A DNA stretch of 64,000 bases from a virus (Duplodnaviria > Caudoviricetes), in the IMG/VR virus record IMGVR_UViG_3300028888_000047, positions 96,001 through 160,000 of that record; one strand, written 5' to 3'. Below the pieces are notes generated by a model, which was not told where the DNA came from, searched no databases, and saw only the letters and a list, made by a program, of their open reading frames with translations. The number at the start of each line of letters is the position of its first letter. Position 1 is the stretch's first letter. Of this stretch, positions 1-9,854 are shown one piece after another. A program made the position numbers and the translations under genes.

Positions 1-88
1 ATATAGCCAAAAATTTTTCGTTAAATTTTGTTAATTATGTAATATTTATTTAGAAATAAGCTTATTTAAATAAAAATAATTAAAGAAA

Positions 89-400
89 ATGGCAAATACA
101 GTAAAAAATCCATTAGATGATTATCAGTTGCTTCAGGAAGTAAGCGGAGGTTCTTATTTCTTCGCAAATACTGATGACTTTGGCGTAGAAACCACAAAAA
201 CACTTGAAGGCACTGCAAAACCTTATATCACAAACGAAGATGGCGAAAATGCTCTAAAAACAGGAGAACCATTAAATGCAGTTCCAAGAGGTGATTTGGA
301 TAAAGGAACATATGATAACACATCGGATGTATATTATAATCCTGAATACACTTATGAAGTTCCAACAGGAGAAGAAGAAAGCGGAACAACTAATGGTTAA
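89..400 (+). CDS. hypothetical acidic protein (only credible plus-strand gene)
   Basis: 103 aa ORF, ATATTTAT motif upstream, ends at convergent terminator. Confidence 0.75.
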   Translation: MANTVKNPLDDYQLLQEVSGGSYFFANTDDFGVETTKTLEGTAKPYITNEDGENALKTGEPLNAVPRGDLDKGTYDNTSDVYYNPEYTYEVPTGEEESGTTNG

Positions 401-405
401 AAAAT

Positions 406-439
406 AAAGGTAGAGATTTAATACTTCTCTACCTTTTTT
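406..439. terminator. bidirectional intrinsic terminator
   Basis: AAAGGTAGAGA..TCTCTACCTTT hairpin with A/T tails between convergent genes. Confidence 0.8.
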
Positions 440-459
440 AATATACTGCTGGTAATAAA

Positions 460-843
460 TCATCCTTTGGCATATTTTTTAACAACTTCAACAATATATG
501 AAATAGTAAAACACTTTTCATCCTTATTTTCTATTTCTTCATCAGGTATTCTTATGCCGAATTCATTCTCCAATTCCATAGTTATTTCTATAATATCAAG
601 ACTGTCGCATCCCAAATCATATATCAGGTTCGCATTGTCGTTTTTGACATCATATTCGTTGACCCCTAGTTTGTAGATAAGAATCTCTTTCACCTTATCT
701 TTACATTCATCCATATAAGGCGATGGGTCATATACAAAGCATTTCTTTTTCATTTTCACTTTATTCATGCGTTTCTTTTTTCTTTCTTCTTCTGCTCTAC
801 GCTTCATAGCTTTGGTGCGGAGATAATTACCGTATCTGCTCAT
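460..843 (-). CDS. acpP: acyl carrier protein with basic N-terminal extension
   Basis: DLGCDSLDIIEITMELENEFGIRIPDEE phosphopantetheine-attachment motif. Confidence 0.85.
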   Translation of the reverse strand: MSRYGNYLRTKAMKRRAEEERKKKRMNKVKMKKKCFVYDPSPYMDECKDKVKEILIYKLGVNEYDVKNDNANLIYDLGCDSLDIIEITMELENEFGIRIPDEEIENKDEKCFTISYIVEVVKKYAKG

Positions 844-1963
844 TTCTTATCTTTTCTAAAAGTTTTGTTTTACTACATATAACATCATATTTATCCCAAT
901 CTTTTGGAACGGAGTATTTAGAAGAATAATATAACAGTTTCACGCCGTTTTCTAGGCATAGCCTATTTTTAAGCAAATCCATTTCAAGACGTTTTTCAAA
1001 ACTATAATTTTTAAAAAACTCTCTTTCTTTAAAATGTTGCTCTCCTTGACATTCTATGGCCACATTAAATTCAGGTAAGTAAAAGTCTAAAGGCATTGGA
1101 TATTTATATTTAAGCCAATCAAACCGTTTTTCTCTTTCATATTTTATTTCATTCTCGTCAAGAAATAGTTTAATTTCACGTTCTAATTTGCTTTCACTAC
1201 ATGATGGGCATCCATTTCCATCTAAATGACTATATGCTGGCTGCCAAAATTCTCCGTGTTCAGGGCAAATAATACAAACGGGAGTTTTTCTATTTATATA
1301 TTCAACTTTTGAATAATCATATTTATCACCATGAATAGCTTTCGCCATTTCAATAAATTCATTTGTAGTATATTTATAACTTTGATGGGTACATTTTGGA
1401 CACTCAGCGCCTCTTATATGTGAATCTGGCGTTTGCCAAAACTCTCCATGTTCCGGACAAATTATACAAACTTTTTTCTTAGCCTTTACATATTCAACTT
1501 TTGAGTAATCATATTTATCTCCATATATAGATTTGGCTTTTTTTATGAAATATTCAGATGTCTTCCTTATTTTATTTCCTCCACGTTCATAGCCGCATTT
1601 AGGGCATCCATGACCATTATAAAAATGGTCTGGACGTGTTTCAAATTCACCGTGCTTTTTACATATAATTGTTACTTTTGTATCACAATTTACATAATTT
1701 ACTTTTGAATAATCATATTCATCGCCATAAATTTCTTTTGCTTTTTTAATAAAATCTTCTGTAGTTAATTTTCTATTGTGCGCACATTTGGGGCATCCTC
1801 TTCCTTGTAAATGTTTATTAGGGGTCTGCCAAAAATCACCATGTTCTGGACATATAATACAAACTTTTGTTTGGCTATTTATATAATTAACTTTAGAATA
1901 ATCATATTTACCTCCATGAATTTTTTTAGATTTTTCTATAAATTCTTTTGCTGTTTTTACCAT
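827..1963 (-). CDS. DUF723-like Zn-repeat protein with C-terminal PD-(D/E)xK/Vsr-like nuclease (putative homing endonuclease)
   Basis: four repeats of YDYSKVxY..KVCIICPxHGEFWQ..H..GxxCPxC; C-terminal LDFYLP..AIECQGEQH; likely ATG at 1963. Confidence 0.8.
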   Translation of the reverse strand: MVKTAKEFIEKSKKIHGGKYDYSKVNYINSQTKVCIICPEHGDFWQTPNKHLQGRGCPKCAHNRKLTTEDFIKKAKEIYGDEYDYSKVNYVNCDTKVTIICKKHGEFETRPDHFYNGHGCPKCGYERGGNKIRKTSEYFIKKAKSIYGDKYDYSKVEYVKAKKKVCIICPEHGEFWQTPDSHIRGAECPKCTHQSYKYTTNEFIEMAKAIHGDKYDYSKVEYINRKTPVCIICPEHGEFWQPAYSHLDGNGCPSCSESKLEREIKLFLDENEIKYEREKRFDWLKYKYPMPLDFYLPEFNVAIECQGEQHFKEREFFKNYSFEKRLEMDLLKNRLCLENGVKLLYYSSKYSVPKDWDKYDVICSKTKLLEKIRNEQIR

Positions 1964-2039
1964 CACTATGCGTTTTATATATAAATATAACGCATTCCCC
2001 AAAATTAATCAAAAGGAGTTTAATAAAAGCTATATTTAT

Positions 2040-2552
2040 TTATTCTTGTTTTAGAAGCCAATTTCTTACTTCGTCTAAAGCCTTTCCTAATAGGTTTTGA
2101 CCTTGCCATTTAGATTCATTATCGGCTTCTGGCATATCTTCTGTTAATTTAATTCCCCAGATATTATCGTATTTTGACGCTTCAACGAATCCTTTGCCTT
2201 TCAACTCAGGATTAAGAATAAGTTCTTTAAGGTCTTCATTCTGTGAATACTTGGCTTTGTTGGCATCAACCATAACCTTATATCTCATTTCATTCCAAAC
2301 CTTATCGTTATATCCCTTAACCTCACGTCCTAAATCCTTTGCTTTCTTTGGGTCTTTTGTTGCTAGAATTTTATCAGCAGTTTCGTAATCTCCAAATACG
2401 ATAGCCTTTACATACATAAAGTATTGCTCACTATTGAAGAAATGAAGGGTTTTCTTTTCTCCTTTAATCATCATTTCAGCATCAAATCCTGCGGGATACC
2501 AATTACTTGGCCATTCTCCCCAAAATAAAATATGTTTATTAGTTACTTTCAT
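2040..2552 (-). CDS. NADAR (YbiA-like) ADP-ribosylhydrolase
   Basis: SEQYFMYVKA, KAKDLGREV, KYSQN, VEAS..D.IWGI, GQNLLGKAL motifs. Confidence 0.92.
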   Translation of the reverse strand: MKVTNKHILFWGEWPSNWYPAGFDAEMMIKGEKKTLHFFNSEQYFMYVKAIVFGDYETADKILATKDPKKAKDLGREVKGYNDKVWNEMRYKVMVDANKAKYSQNEDLKELILNPELKGKGFVEASKYDNIWGIKLTEDMPEADNESKWQGQNLLGKALDEVRNWLLKQE

Positions 2553-3022
2553 GGTTCAAACTTTTTTAATTCAATTTCTTTTTCAATTATATATCCATAT
2601 AGTTTTGGCGTTCTTTCCATAGTAAGTTTTGATATTTTACTATTAAGAATACCACTCAAGGGAAATACTATTTTTTTATAACCTTTTTCTTTGCAAGCTT
2701 GTTTAATGTGTTCAAAGTCATCATCAATTACCTTTTTAAACTCTTCAAAGTCATCATCGGTCCAATTATGATTATCGGGGTTATCTCCCTTTTTATAGCC
2801 TTTTTGAGTTGTAATCGGGTAAGCGTTGTCAAGTCCTCTTAATATAGCGCTTGTTACTGAAGGGTAATGTAATCCTGTTTTCCCAAATCGTTTTGCATAT
2901 TCAGAATTATCTGACACTTTGCCTCTTCCTGATGTTCTATCGCAATTATCTGTAAAAATGAACAGCTTATTTTCACTGTTTTTTGCTAACCATCTAGTAT
3001 AACTTTCTTTTGTTAAATTCAT
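2549..3022 (-). CDS. conserved phage protein, possibly macrodomain-like
   Basis: LFIFTDN..RTSG, AILRGLDNAYPITT, IVFP..G pattern; between NADAR and PARG-like genes. Confidence 0.5.
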   Translation of the reverse strand: MNLTKESYTRWLAKNSENKLFIFTDNCDRTSGRGKVSDNSEYAKRFGKTGLHYPSVTSAILRGLDNAYPITTQKGYKKGDNPDNHNWTDDDFEEFKKVIDDDFEHIKQACKEKGYKKIVFPLSGILNSKISKLTMERTPKLYGYIIEKEIELKKFEP

Positions 3023-3459
3023 AACCCTAAATAATCAAGAATTGGTAAAACGTTTTTCCTTATCTCTTCCCTTTCAGCATCAGTATATTTTCTTCCTTCC
3101 TTTAAAAGAGATTCTGTCTCTTGTCTGGCAGTTAAAGGTGCTGCATTTTTAGAATACCTACTGCATTCCCAATCAATAACTGCTGCAAGCCAATCAACCT
3201 TGTTTAAGCCATATCTCCTACCTGAAAATATATGATGTTTATTATGGTATTTATGCCATTTTTGCACACGTTTATAGTCTCCCCAAAATAGTTTTAGCCA
3301 AGGCTTTTCAATATCGTGCAATAACCATTTTGGCTTCCAAACTCCTAGTTTAAGCGCAACTAAATTGTAATTTCTCCAATGGTAGTACCAATACTTGAAA
3401 CTACTTCTTTGACTTTTATCAAACTTCTTTGATTTTTCTAATAATTTATCGTAGTTCAT
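3019..3459 (-). CDS. HD-like (DUF5662-type) protein
   Basis: H..HDIEK..HKYHNKHH..IDWE motif set. Confidence 0.6.
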   Translation of the reverse strand: MNYDKLLEKSKKFDKSQRSSFKYWYYHWRNYNLVALKLGVWKPKWLLHDIEKPWLKLFWGDYKRVQKWHKYHNKHHIFSGRRYGLNKVDWLAAVIDWECSRYSKNAAPLTARQETESLLKEGRKYTDAEREEIRKNVLPILDYLGL

Positions 3460-3644
3460 TGTGGCAAATAAAATTCAATTAAGATTATTAGTGTTAGAAA
3501 TGCTAACAATGCAAATATTGCAAGATTAACCCAAAAATTAGCTTTTACAAGTTGCCTTACCTGACAGCATATTAAAACCTTTATAAACGCCAAAATTACT
3601 ATGGCAATATATATTGTAAATAAAAATGAAAATATTCCTGCCAT
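3456..3644 (-). CDS. small two-TM membrane protein
   Basis: two hydrophobic stretches, 4-nt overlap with next gene. Confidence 0.65.
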   Translation of the reverse strand: MAGIFSFLFTIYIAIVILAFIKVLICCQVRQLVKANFWVNLAIFALLAFLTLIILIEFYLPQ

Positions 3645-3651
3645 ATTTTAA

Positions 3652-4524
3652 TTAATTGTTAAAGGTTTCTGCAAATGGAAGATAGTTACCTCTTGGATTA
3701 TGTTCTCTGTGTGAATTGCCATCATCAAGAACAGCGAATACTATCTTTTCAAACTTATCACGATATTCAGGTTCTTCAAGAACTTCCTTGAACAATTTTG
3801 CAACATCTTCAGGAGGATTAGCAAATGCTCCACAACCAAATGCTCCCAATACAATTGAATCATTTTCCCAATATATTGCAAGATTAAGCATTGTTCTGAT
3901 TTTCTCCTTTGTAATACTCTTTGCCCAATCACTCATATGACCTTTTGAGTCAAGTGGTGGATTACTTAGAGCTGCAATTGTGATGACATCTATGTTAAAT
4001 AGTTTATCCATAAATGCATATTCTTTGTCATCACTTTCCCTGAACACTGAGATTGAAGGAGAATATATTGCTCCATGATTTACAGGTAATGGATAACGCT
4101 TTTTTTCAAGCGGCAAGCAATATTCCTTTGATAAAGTATCAATAAACCTAAAGATGGATTCAAATAGGTTTGTTCGCCTGCAAATATTTTCCTCTTGTGC
4201 TCTTGAACCTTTTCTCACTCCTCCACCCGGAACTTTAAATGAAGCAAAGTTGACTACAGCAGGAGAATATCCATCATCATATAGTTCCTTTGCTGCATAC
4301 AAACAGTCTTGGTTGACCACTTTAATCTCTGTCTTGAAACGTTTTAGTTTATCAAAATTGATGTTCTTCTTGATGTCTTTATCATAGAACGTAACGCTAT
4401 CAAGATTAATTCCATCGTGTTCTCTTGGTATATCTACCTTTTCACCTTTGCTGTTTATGTAAAATCCTTTATTAACAACATAAACGGTTTCAGCGAACAC
4501 CTTTATTAAGTCTTCTCTTTCCAT
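3652..4524 (-). CDS. TIGR02452-family microbial PARG-like macrodomain
   Basis: NFAS..PGGG..GSRAQEENICRRT and LGAFGCGAFANPP motifs. Confidence 0.93.
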   Translation of the reverse strand: MEREDLIKVFAETVYVVNKGFYINSKGEKVDIPREHDGINLDSVTFYDKDIKKNINFDKLKRFKTEIKVVNQDCLYAAKELYDDGYSPAVVNFASFKVPGGGVRKGSRAQEENICRRTNLFESIFRFIDTLSKEYCLPLEKKRYPLPVNHGAIYSPSISVFRESDDKEYAFMDKLFNIDVITIAALSNPPLDSKGHMSDWAKSITKEKIRTMLNLAIYWENDSIVLGAFGCGAFANPPEDVAKLFKEVLEEPEYRDKFEKIVFAVLDDGNSHREHNPRGNYLPFAETFNN

Positions 4525-4617
4525 TAAAAATAATATAAGATATTAAACAATATATTACAAATATACAAAAAATATATTAAATATAATAATAAATTAATAT
4601 AAAAATATATTATATTA

Positions 4618-4845
4618 TTAATAATCATAATCAATATATTCTGTATTGTTCGTATTATATTCTACATCGCTATACGAAGGTTTAAGACCTATTCTAAGCA
4701 AAGAAACTGTCACCCATAAAAACATCAGGCCAAGCATAAAGCACCAAAACTTACCAACTCTTTCTTCGCTTTTTTCGGCGTTAAATAATAACACAATTGT
4801 TATAATACCCGATAAAATGGCAGGCAAAATCGCAAAAAAACTCAT
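4618..4845 (-). CDS. small membrane protein
   Basis: two TM-like segments. Confidence 0.6.
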   Translation of the reverse strand: MSFFAILPAILSGIITIVLLFNAEKSEERVGKFWCFMLGLMFLWVTVSLLRIGLKPSYSDVEYNTNNTEYIDYDY

Positions 4846-5069
4846 AGTGATTTACCGTTTAATATTTCCATATCTATTTCATCACAAGCATCAAACACAA
4901 AACCATCTTCAAGTGAGTCTTCCGCCAAATCAAGGAAGAAAGATATTTGCAACAGTGTATCATCAGATAAAGTTGCGTCAACTTTCTTATAAGATTCAAG
5001 TCTATTTTTAATGCTTTCTAATTTATCTTCAACATTTTTAATAAGTTTATTCTGGGTCATATTTTCCAT
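4842..5069 (-). CDS. hypothetical protein
   Basis: ORF in operon packing. Confidence 0.6.
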   Translation of the reverse strand: MENMTQNKLIKNVEDKLESIKNRLESYKKVDATLSDDTLLQISFFLDLAEDSLEDGFVFDACDEIDMEILNGKSL

Positions 5070-5188
5070 TTTTAATTAAATTATTCATTTCACGTTCAAA
5101 GTATAAAAGTTGTTCATCTGTAAGATTTTCAACCCACACTTTTTATGTTATTGGTTCTAAATCTGAACTCTAGGTATTTTTCTAACAT
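5047..5188 (-). pseudogene. small ORF split by a one-base frameshift at an A5 run
   Basis: MLEKYLEFRFRTNNIK continues in +1 frame as VWVENLTDEQLLYFEREMNNLIKNGKYDPE*. Confidence 0.45.
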
Positions 5189-5214
5189 AACTTTATATTT
5201 TATTTCTATCTTTT

Positions 5215-5928
5215 TCAATATTTAAGCCACGACATTAACACTAGATTATCATTAAATCTTCCATATGCCGTAGGGTGTTCAACATCATCTTCATCAACGT
5301 CACTTCTAACATATTTAGAAATATATTCGTAAAGTTCTTTGGCCGTTATTTTTCTATCTTTGTTGCTATCAGCCCCTCCTTTTAAGCCATTAATAACTCT
5401 GTTATAGAAATAACTATTTCTTTTTCCTACTTCTTCAAGAGAATATTCATTTTTTCTGGATGCGGTAAAAGCAACAAAATGCCCATTTTTAGGAAGTTTT
5501 ATTTTGTTGGCTGCTTTTTTGATTCCTCCTGATTCGCAAGCACCGGTAAAAATTATTTTTCTGCATGCTTTTGATGAATTAAATATTGAAACTATTTCAT
5601 TGTACCAAATAAAACCATCCCCACAAGAAATTCCATCATTACACCCATGGCCGCTAAAAGCAAAAACAAGCATATCTTCTTCCTTACATGATTTTGCTTG
5701 CTTTTTAAGGTATTTGAAAACGTTAGTTCTATTAACACTTTCCCCTCTTATTAAGAAAATCATTGCACCCCTATTTCTATATAAATCAGCAAGGTCTTTC
5801 ATGTCATTCTCTGGGCAATTTAAATCTCCATTAGCAGCATAAAAAACTCCATATACTTTTCCATTAGTATTGTTGATGCTGATAAATAAAAATATAATTG
5901 CAATGAAAATATTTTTAAATATCTCCAT
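5215..5928 (-). CDS. caspase-like (C14/metacaspase) peptidase with N-terminal signal
   Basis: FAFSGHG and GACESG His/Cys dyad motifs; GGADSNKDRKITAKELYEY C-terminal motif. Confidence 0.85.
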   Translation of the reverse strand: MEIFKNIFIAIIFLFISINNTNGKVYGVFYAANGDLNCPENDMKDLADLYRNRGAMIFLIRGESVNRTNVFKYLKKQAKSCKEEDMLVFAFSGHGCNDGISCGDGFIWYNEIVSIFNSSKACRKIIFTGACESGGIKKAANKIKLPKNGHFVAFTASRKNEYSLEEVGKRNSYFYNRVINGLKGGADSNKDRKITAKELYEYISKYVRSDVDEDDVEHPTAYGRFNDNLVLMSWLKY

Positions 5929-6481
5929 TATTTGTGTAATCCGGATTTCCATCAGAGTCTTTTTTAGGAGTAATTATTGTATCTTTACTTTCTATGTTTA
6001 CAATATACCTTTCATCGTTTGCAACATCCGCAACTTCACCAGTCAATCTATTGTAAATGACATAAACGTTATATGAATTTCCTTTGTTATCTTTGAACTT
6101 TACGCTTTTTGCTCGAAGTTTTTCGTTAAGAGTAAACCAAGATATTTTACCTTCAATAATGGTAGGTATTCTACTTTCAGGAATTCCAACGTAAATAACT
6201 TCAATATCATTGTAATTAAAACACTTTTTTAAAGCGTCTTCAACATCAACATCATTATTAACATAGAACCCTGTTTTGTTGTTTGGAATTGTGTCAGAAT
6301 TATTAATCTTAACTGTATCTTTCTTATCACTTCCAAATAATCGCTCTATAACCTCTTCTTTCGCCATCTGAGACGATTTCGGAGCCGCTATGGCAAACAT
6401 ATAAGCCATAGCAAAAACAATAGCCACGGTGAAGATTATATACTTCAAACAGCCAAATTTCTTTTTTCCGTATGTACTCAT
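5915..6481 (-). CDS. membrane-anchored hypothetical protein
   Basis: N-terminal TM helix. Confidence 0.7.
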   Translation of the reverse strand: MSTYGKKKFGCLKYIIFTVAIVFAMAYMFAIAAPKSSQMAKEEVIERLFGSDKKDTVKINNSDTIPNNKTGFYVNNDVDVEDALKKCFNYNDIEVIYVGIPESRIPTIIEGKISWFTLNEKLRAKSVKFKDNKGNSYNVYVIYNRLTGEVADVANDERYIVNIESKDTIITPKKDSDGNPDYTNNGDI

Positions 6482-6484
6482 TTT

Positions 6485-6706
6485 TTATTTTATTTTTAAT
6501 AAGTCTTCAATATAACACCATTTATCTATTTTCCATTCATATCTCAACCAATCTAGTTTTTCAAAGCTAGACATAGAAAAATAACGGTTATTTTCATGAA
6601 TATAAGCGTCACGTACTTCAATTCTATTATAGTAATGGTGGACCAATATTATATTTGACTTTGGTCTAGGATATTCATTAGACTTATGCCACAATTTTTT
6701 ACTCAT
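6485..6706 (-). CDS. hypothetical phage protein (DUF551-like pattern)
   Basis: WH..E.P...KWCYIEDL. Confidence 0.6.
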   Translation of the reverse strand: MSKKLWHKSNEYPRPKSNIILVHHYYNRIEVRDAYIHENNRYFSMSSFEKLDWLRYEWKIDKWCYIEDLLKIK

Positions 6707-6965
6707 TGTTTTTTGCTAATTTTTCAATATCCTGTAAATAATCTACACATTGGTCTTCCGTGAGTGTTTTATTGAATTCAAAGGTTTTTTCCTTTGCAAC
6801 GCAATTTCCTTGTTCAACTACTTCATAACCATAGTCAACTGTAACGACAAATTCAGTTGTATCGCATCCGGTCATAATTGTTATTCCTAACTTACCGCCA
6901 TGATGTTTCCGTTGTATGGTTTGTATTTCTCCAAGAACAAATAATAACTGTTTATCTGTTAACAT
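6699..6965 (-). CDS. hypothetical protein
   Basis: ORF in operon packing. Confidence 0.65.
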   Translation of the reverse strand: MLTDKQLLFVLGEIQTIQRKHHGGKLGITIMTGCDTTEFVVTVDYGYEVVEQGNCVAKEKTFEFNKTLTEDQCVDYLQDIEKLAKNNE

Positions 6966-7351
6966 TTTTCATCAATATATTTGATTATTTCCTTCAACAA
7001 AACAATACGAGCCCCGCATCTATCAGTCATTCCGCCATCTGTGCTATTTATTTGAGCGTTTGTCCAATATTGTAATTCATTCTCAAGATATTCCTTTATT
7101 TTACATTTTTGCCAACTTGCCACACAAGATGCAAAAGCTAACAATTTACTATAAGAATCAGGCGTTCCGTAATCTTGTATATACTTGCCTGTTAACGTTC
7201 TCAAATCATCTGGTATAAATGTTTCTTCAGTTTGAACGCATCTGTTATTTTGCATGCTATTTAAAGTATTATTTAAATCTTCAATAACAGCATTTTGATA
7301 TTTAATTTGAGAATCAATTGTGTTTATTGTTTTATTCATTTTAGGCTTCAT
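6959..7351 (-). CDS. hypothetical protein
   Basis: ORF in operon packing. Confidence 0.65.
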   Translation of the reverse strand: MKPKMNKTINTIDSQIKYQNAVIEDLNNTLNSMQNNRCVQTEETFIPDDLRTLTGKYIQDYGTPDSYSKLLAFASCVASWQKCKIKEYLENELQYWTNAQINSTDGGMTDRCGARIVLLKEIIKYIDEKC

Positions 7352-7386
7352 AAATAACAAATAATAAATGCTTATCTGTTAACATT

Positions 7387-7584
7387 TTAAGTATTTCCTA
7401 TTAATATTTTAATCTTTTTTTCTATTAAATCGTTTATATTAACAGTAGTTGTTTTCTTAGGCATTTGTTCTTTTATTTGTTGAAGCAAGTCATATCTAAT
7501 GCTTTGATTAATATGCCCGTCTCCAAATTTATCAATCAATGTGTATAAGCCTTCAGCTTCGTATGTTGGAATATATAAAATCAT
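7387..7584 (-). CDS. hypothetical protein
   Basis: overlaps rtcB stop by 4 nt. Confidence 0.6.
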   Translation of the reverse strand: MILYIPTYEAEGLYTLIDKFGDGHINQSIRYDLLQQIKEQMPKKTTTVNINDLIEKKIKILIGNT

Positions 7585-8924
7585 TTCTTTACAAATTTAG
7601 TTTCACCATCAGTTGCTTTGATATTAATCTTTGGCTTCATAAAATATAATATATCACAAGTATCTTTGATTAACTCAACAATCTCAGACATAGGTTTATA
7701 TGCATCCGGAGCCTCGTCAAGCGTGTTTTGACATACAGATGTGGAATATATACCTGCATCAGTCATTTGCTTCTGAAAATCGTTAAAATTGATTTTCTTT
7801 TTTGCTGCTGCGCGAGACATAATACGTCCAGCTCCATGAGGCGCAGAGCAATTCCAATCATCGTTTGACTTTCCTTCGCATATTGCTACGCCATCTTTCA
7901 TGTTAAAAGGTATAATCATTCTTTCTCCCTTATAAGCCCTGATAGAACCTTTACGGATTGTCATGTCTCCAAAATCAAGGTAGTTATGAATAGAAGATAC
8001 TTGGTCAATAACCTTTGCCCCATTTATCTTATTCATTACCTCAGCAGCTTTACGAAGTATAATCATACGATTAAACTTGGCATATGCTTGTGCAACTACC
8101 ATATCAGTAAGATAGCCCTTTAAAAGTTCTCTTTCAAGATAGCCATCGCTTTCTGGCGTGCGATATTTTGCACGTATCTTTTTTAAATGCTCTGGAATTT
8201 CAGTAGGGTCTCCCTTAAAGTTAGCCACAAACTCTTTCACCTCTTTTTCCATACCTTCCTTATCAACTGATAAGCCTTTTGCAGCATGAACCCATTTTTG
8301 GCAAACCATTTTTCCAAGGTTACGTGACCCGGTATGTACAGTAAATGCCCACTTCTTAAGTTCATCGTTTGTATCATATTCAAGGAAGTGATTGCCGCCG
8401 CCTAATGTACCAATAGATTTAATGAACGTACTAAATTCCATTCCAAACCCCTTGCACCAAGTTTCAAAATCATCTTCTGTTTTAAATTCAACAAAATTAA
8501 TTGCTCCGCCAGATGTTTGATATGCCTTTTGAACTTCAGAGTTTACAAATCTAATAAACTCTTTCATTTCAAACTGACGCAATTTATGTATATTGAATCC
8601 CGTTGGAATTTCTTTTTTAATCTTCCTTTCGAATTGGGCATATTTCTTTTCTTCTAATGGCTTATCGAAGAAAATAGCCTCAATCCCACAGCCAATATCC
8701 ACACCAACAAAATTTGGATTAATGTGAGCGTTTTCTTTTGGTATAGGACAAGTAAATCCAATTACAATACCAACACCAAGGTGTACGTCTGGCATTATTC
8801 TAATTTTTGCCCCTTTGAACATTGTTGAGTTTGATAACTCGTAGATTAACCGCAACGCAGAATCTTCTATATTGTCAGTAAAGATTTTAATATCTTTGCA
8901 TTGTTTTCCTTGTATCTCTATCAT
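7581..8924 (-). CDS. rtcB: RtcB RNA ligase
   Basis: MPDVH, VGVDIGCG, GTLGGGNHFLE, HTGSR, HN, HGAGR, DEAPDAYK motifs. Confidence 0.96.
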   Translation of the reverse strand: MIEIQGKQCKDIKIFTDNIEDSALRLIYELSNSTMFKGAKIRIMPDVHLGVGIVIGFTCPIPKENAHINPNFVGVDIGCGIEAIFFDKPLEEKKYAQFERKIKKEIPTGFNIHKLRQFEMKEFIRFVNSEVQKAYQTSGGAINFVEFKTEDDFETWCKGFGMEFSTFIKSIGTLGGGNHFLEYDTNDELKKWAFTVHTGSRNLGKMVCQKWVHAAKGLSVDKEGMEKEVKEFVANFKGDPTEIPEHLKKIRAKYRTPESDGYLERELLKGYLTDMVVAQAYAKFNRMIILRKAAEVMNKINGAKVIDQVSSIHNYLDFGDMTIRKGSIRAYKGERMIIPFNMKDGVAICEGKSNDDWNCSAPHGAGRIMSRAAAKKKINFNDFQKQMTDAGIYSTSVCQNTLDEAPDAYKPMSEIVELIKDTCDILYFMKPKINIKATDGETKFVKK

Positions 8925-8925
8925 A

Positions 8926-9348
8926 TTATAAATTTTGTTCTTCGATTAATACTTTCTTCCACTTTGCTGTCATTTTTACCTTATCAATGATTGGTAAAGG
9001 AAATCTAGCAAATGGTGGTCTATTTTTCTCTTTCATAATAGCAGAAAAATAACTGTCAACTTCTTTGATGTATACATCAAGTTCATCTTCGTTTACTTCC
9101 CTGATGAAAGTAATATTGTAATTTTTCTTTATGTCTGACTCATCCATACCTGATATGCCACACATGAAGCAAGGAGAATTATCTTCACAAAGGCCTGATA
9201 CATAATTAAGATGCCCTTGTTTGTCAACATAAGCAACTTGTTTTCTTATTCCGTCTGGAAATAAAAAGTCATTAGCATATTCAGGGCCGGGACAATTTCT
9301 CCCAAAAGTAATGATTTTACCGACAAATGGTTTTAATGCTTTAATCAT
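8926..9348 (-). CDS. hypothetical protein
   Basis: 140 aa ORF. Confidence 0.7.
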   Translation of the reverse strand: MIKALKPFVGKIITFGRNCPGPEYANDFLFPDGIRKQVAYVDKQGHLNYVSGLCEDNSPCFMCGISGMDESDIKKNYNITFIREVNEDELDVYIKEVDSYFSAIMKEKNRPPFARFPLPIIDKVKMTAKWKKVLIEEQNL

Positions 9349-9362
9349 GCACTTTGTTTTTT

Positions 9363-9842
9363 TTATATTTTTTCTGCAATTTTATTTAGTCTGATAATAA
9401 CAGCATTGACTTCTTTAACTATTTCTTCTTTCGAAACGTTTTTTAACATATCAAGCTCTTTTTGCCTTGCTATTCTATTTGCTGCGCAAACAGATTTTGC
9501 TTCTTCCATTAATGTGTATTTATATCCGCATTTATATGTTTTTGCATTTTCGGGTGTAATTTCCATAGTATAACCGTCTCTGAAATACAATTTTATTTCT
9601 TTTAAATGGTTTCCTATGAATTTATGCTCTATTTTTTTGATAAAATGTCTTATAAGAGTTGCACCTTGTACTTCCCATACATAATCGCCCTTTTTCAATT
9701 GGCTAAACATAAGGTGCTGTTTATCACAGTTCTTTTGATATTTTATTTCCCTATAAATTCCTCCATATGCAGAACACAGTCCATAAATAATACCGGTAAT
9801 AAAAGGACTACTGCACAGCAAAATACAAAATATTTTAAGCAT
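9363..9842 (-). CDS. hypothetical protein with N-terminal TM
   Basis: 159 aa ORF. Confidence 0.7.
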   Translation of the reverse strand: MLKIFCILLCSSPFITGIIYGLCSAYGGIYREIKYQKNCDKQHLMFSQLKKGDYVWEVQGATLIRHFIKKIEHKFIGNHLKEIKLYFRDGYTMEITPENAKTYKCGYKYTLMEEAKSVCAANRIARQKELDMLKNVSKEEIVKEVNAVIIRLNKIAEKI

Positions 9843-9854
9843 ACATTTACTTTT

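Noticed and set aside
827-1963. ~200-nt DNA repeats as a mobile or DGR repeat
   Set aside because: Explained by tandem protein-domain repeats; no reverse transcriptase or adenine-specific variation evident
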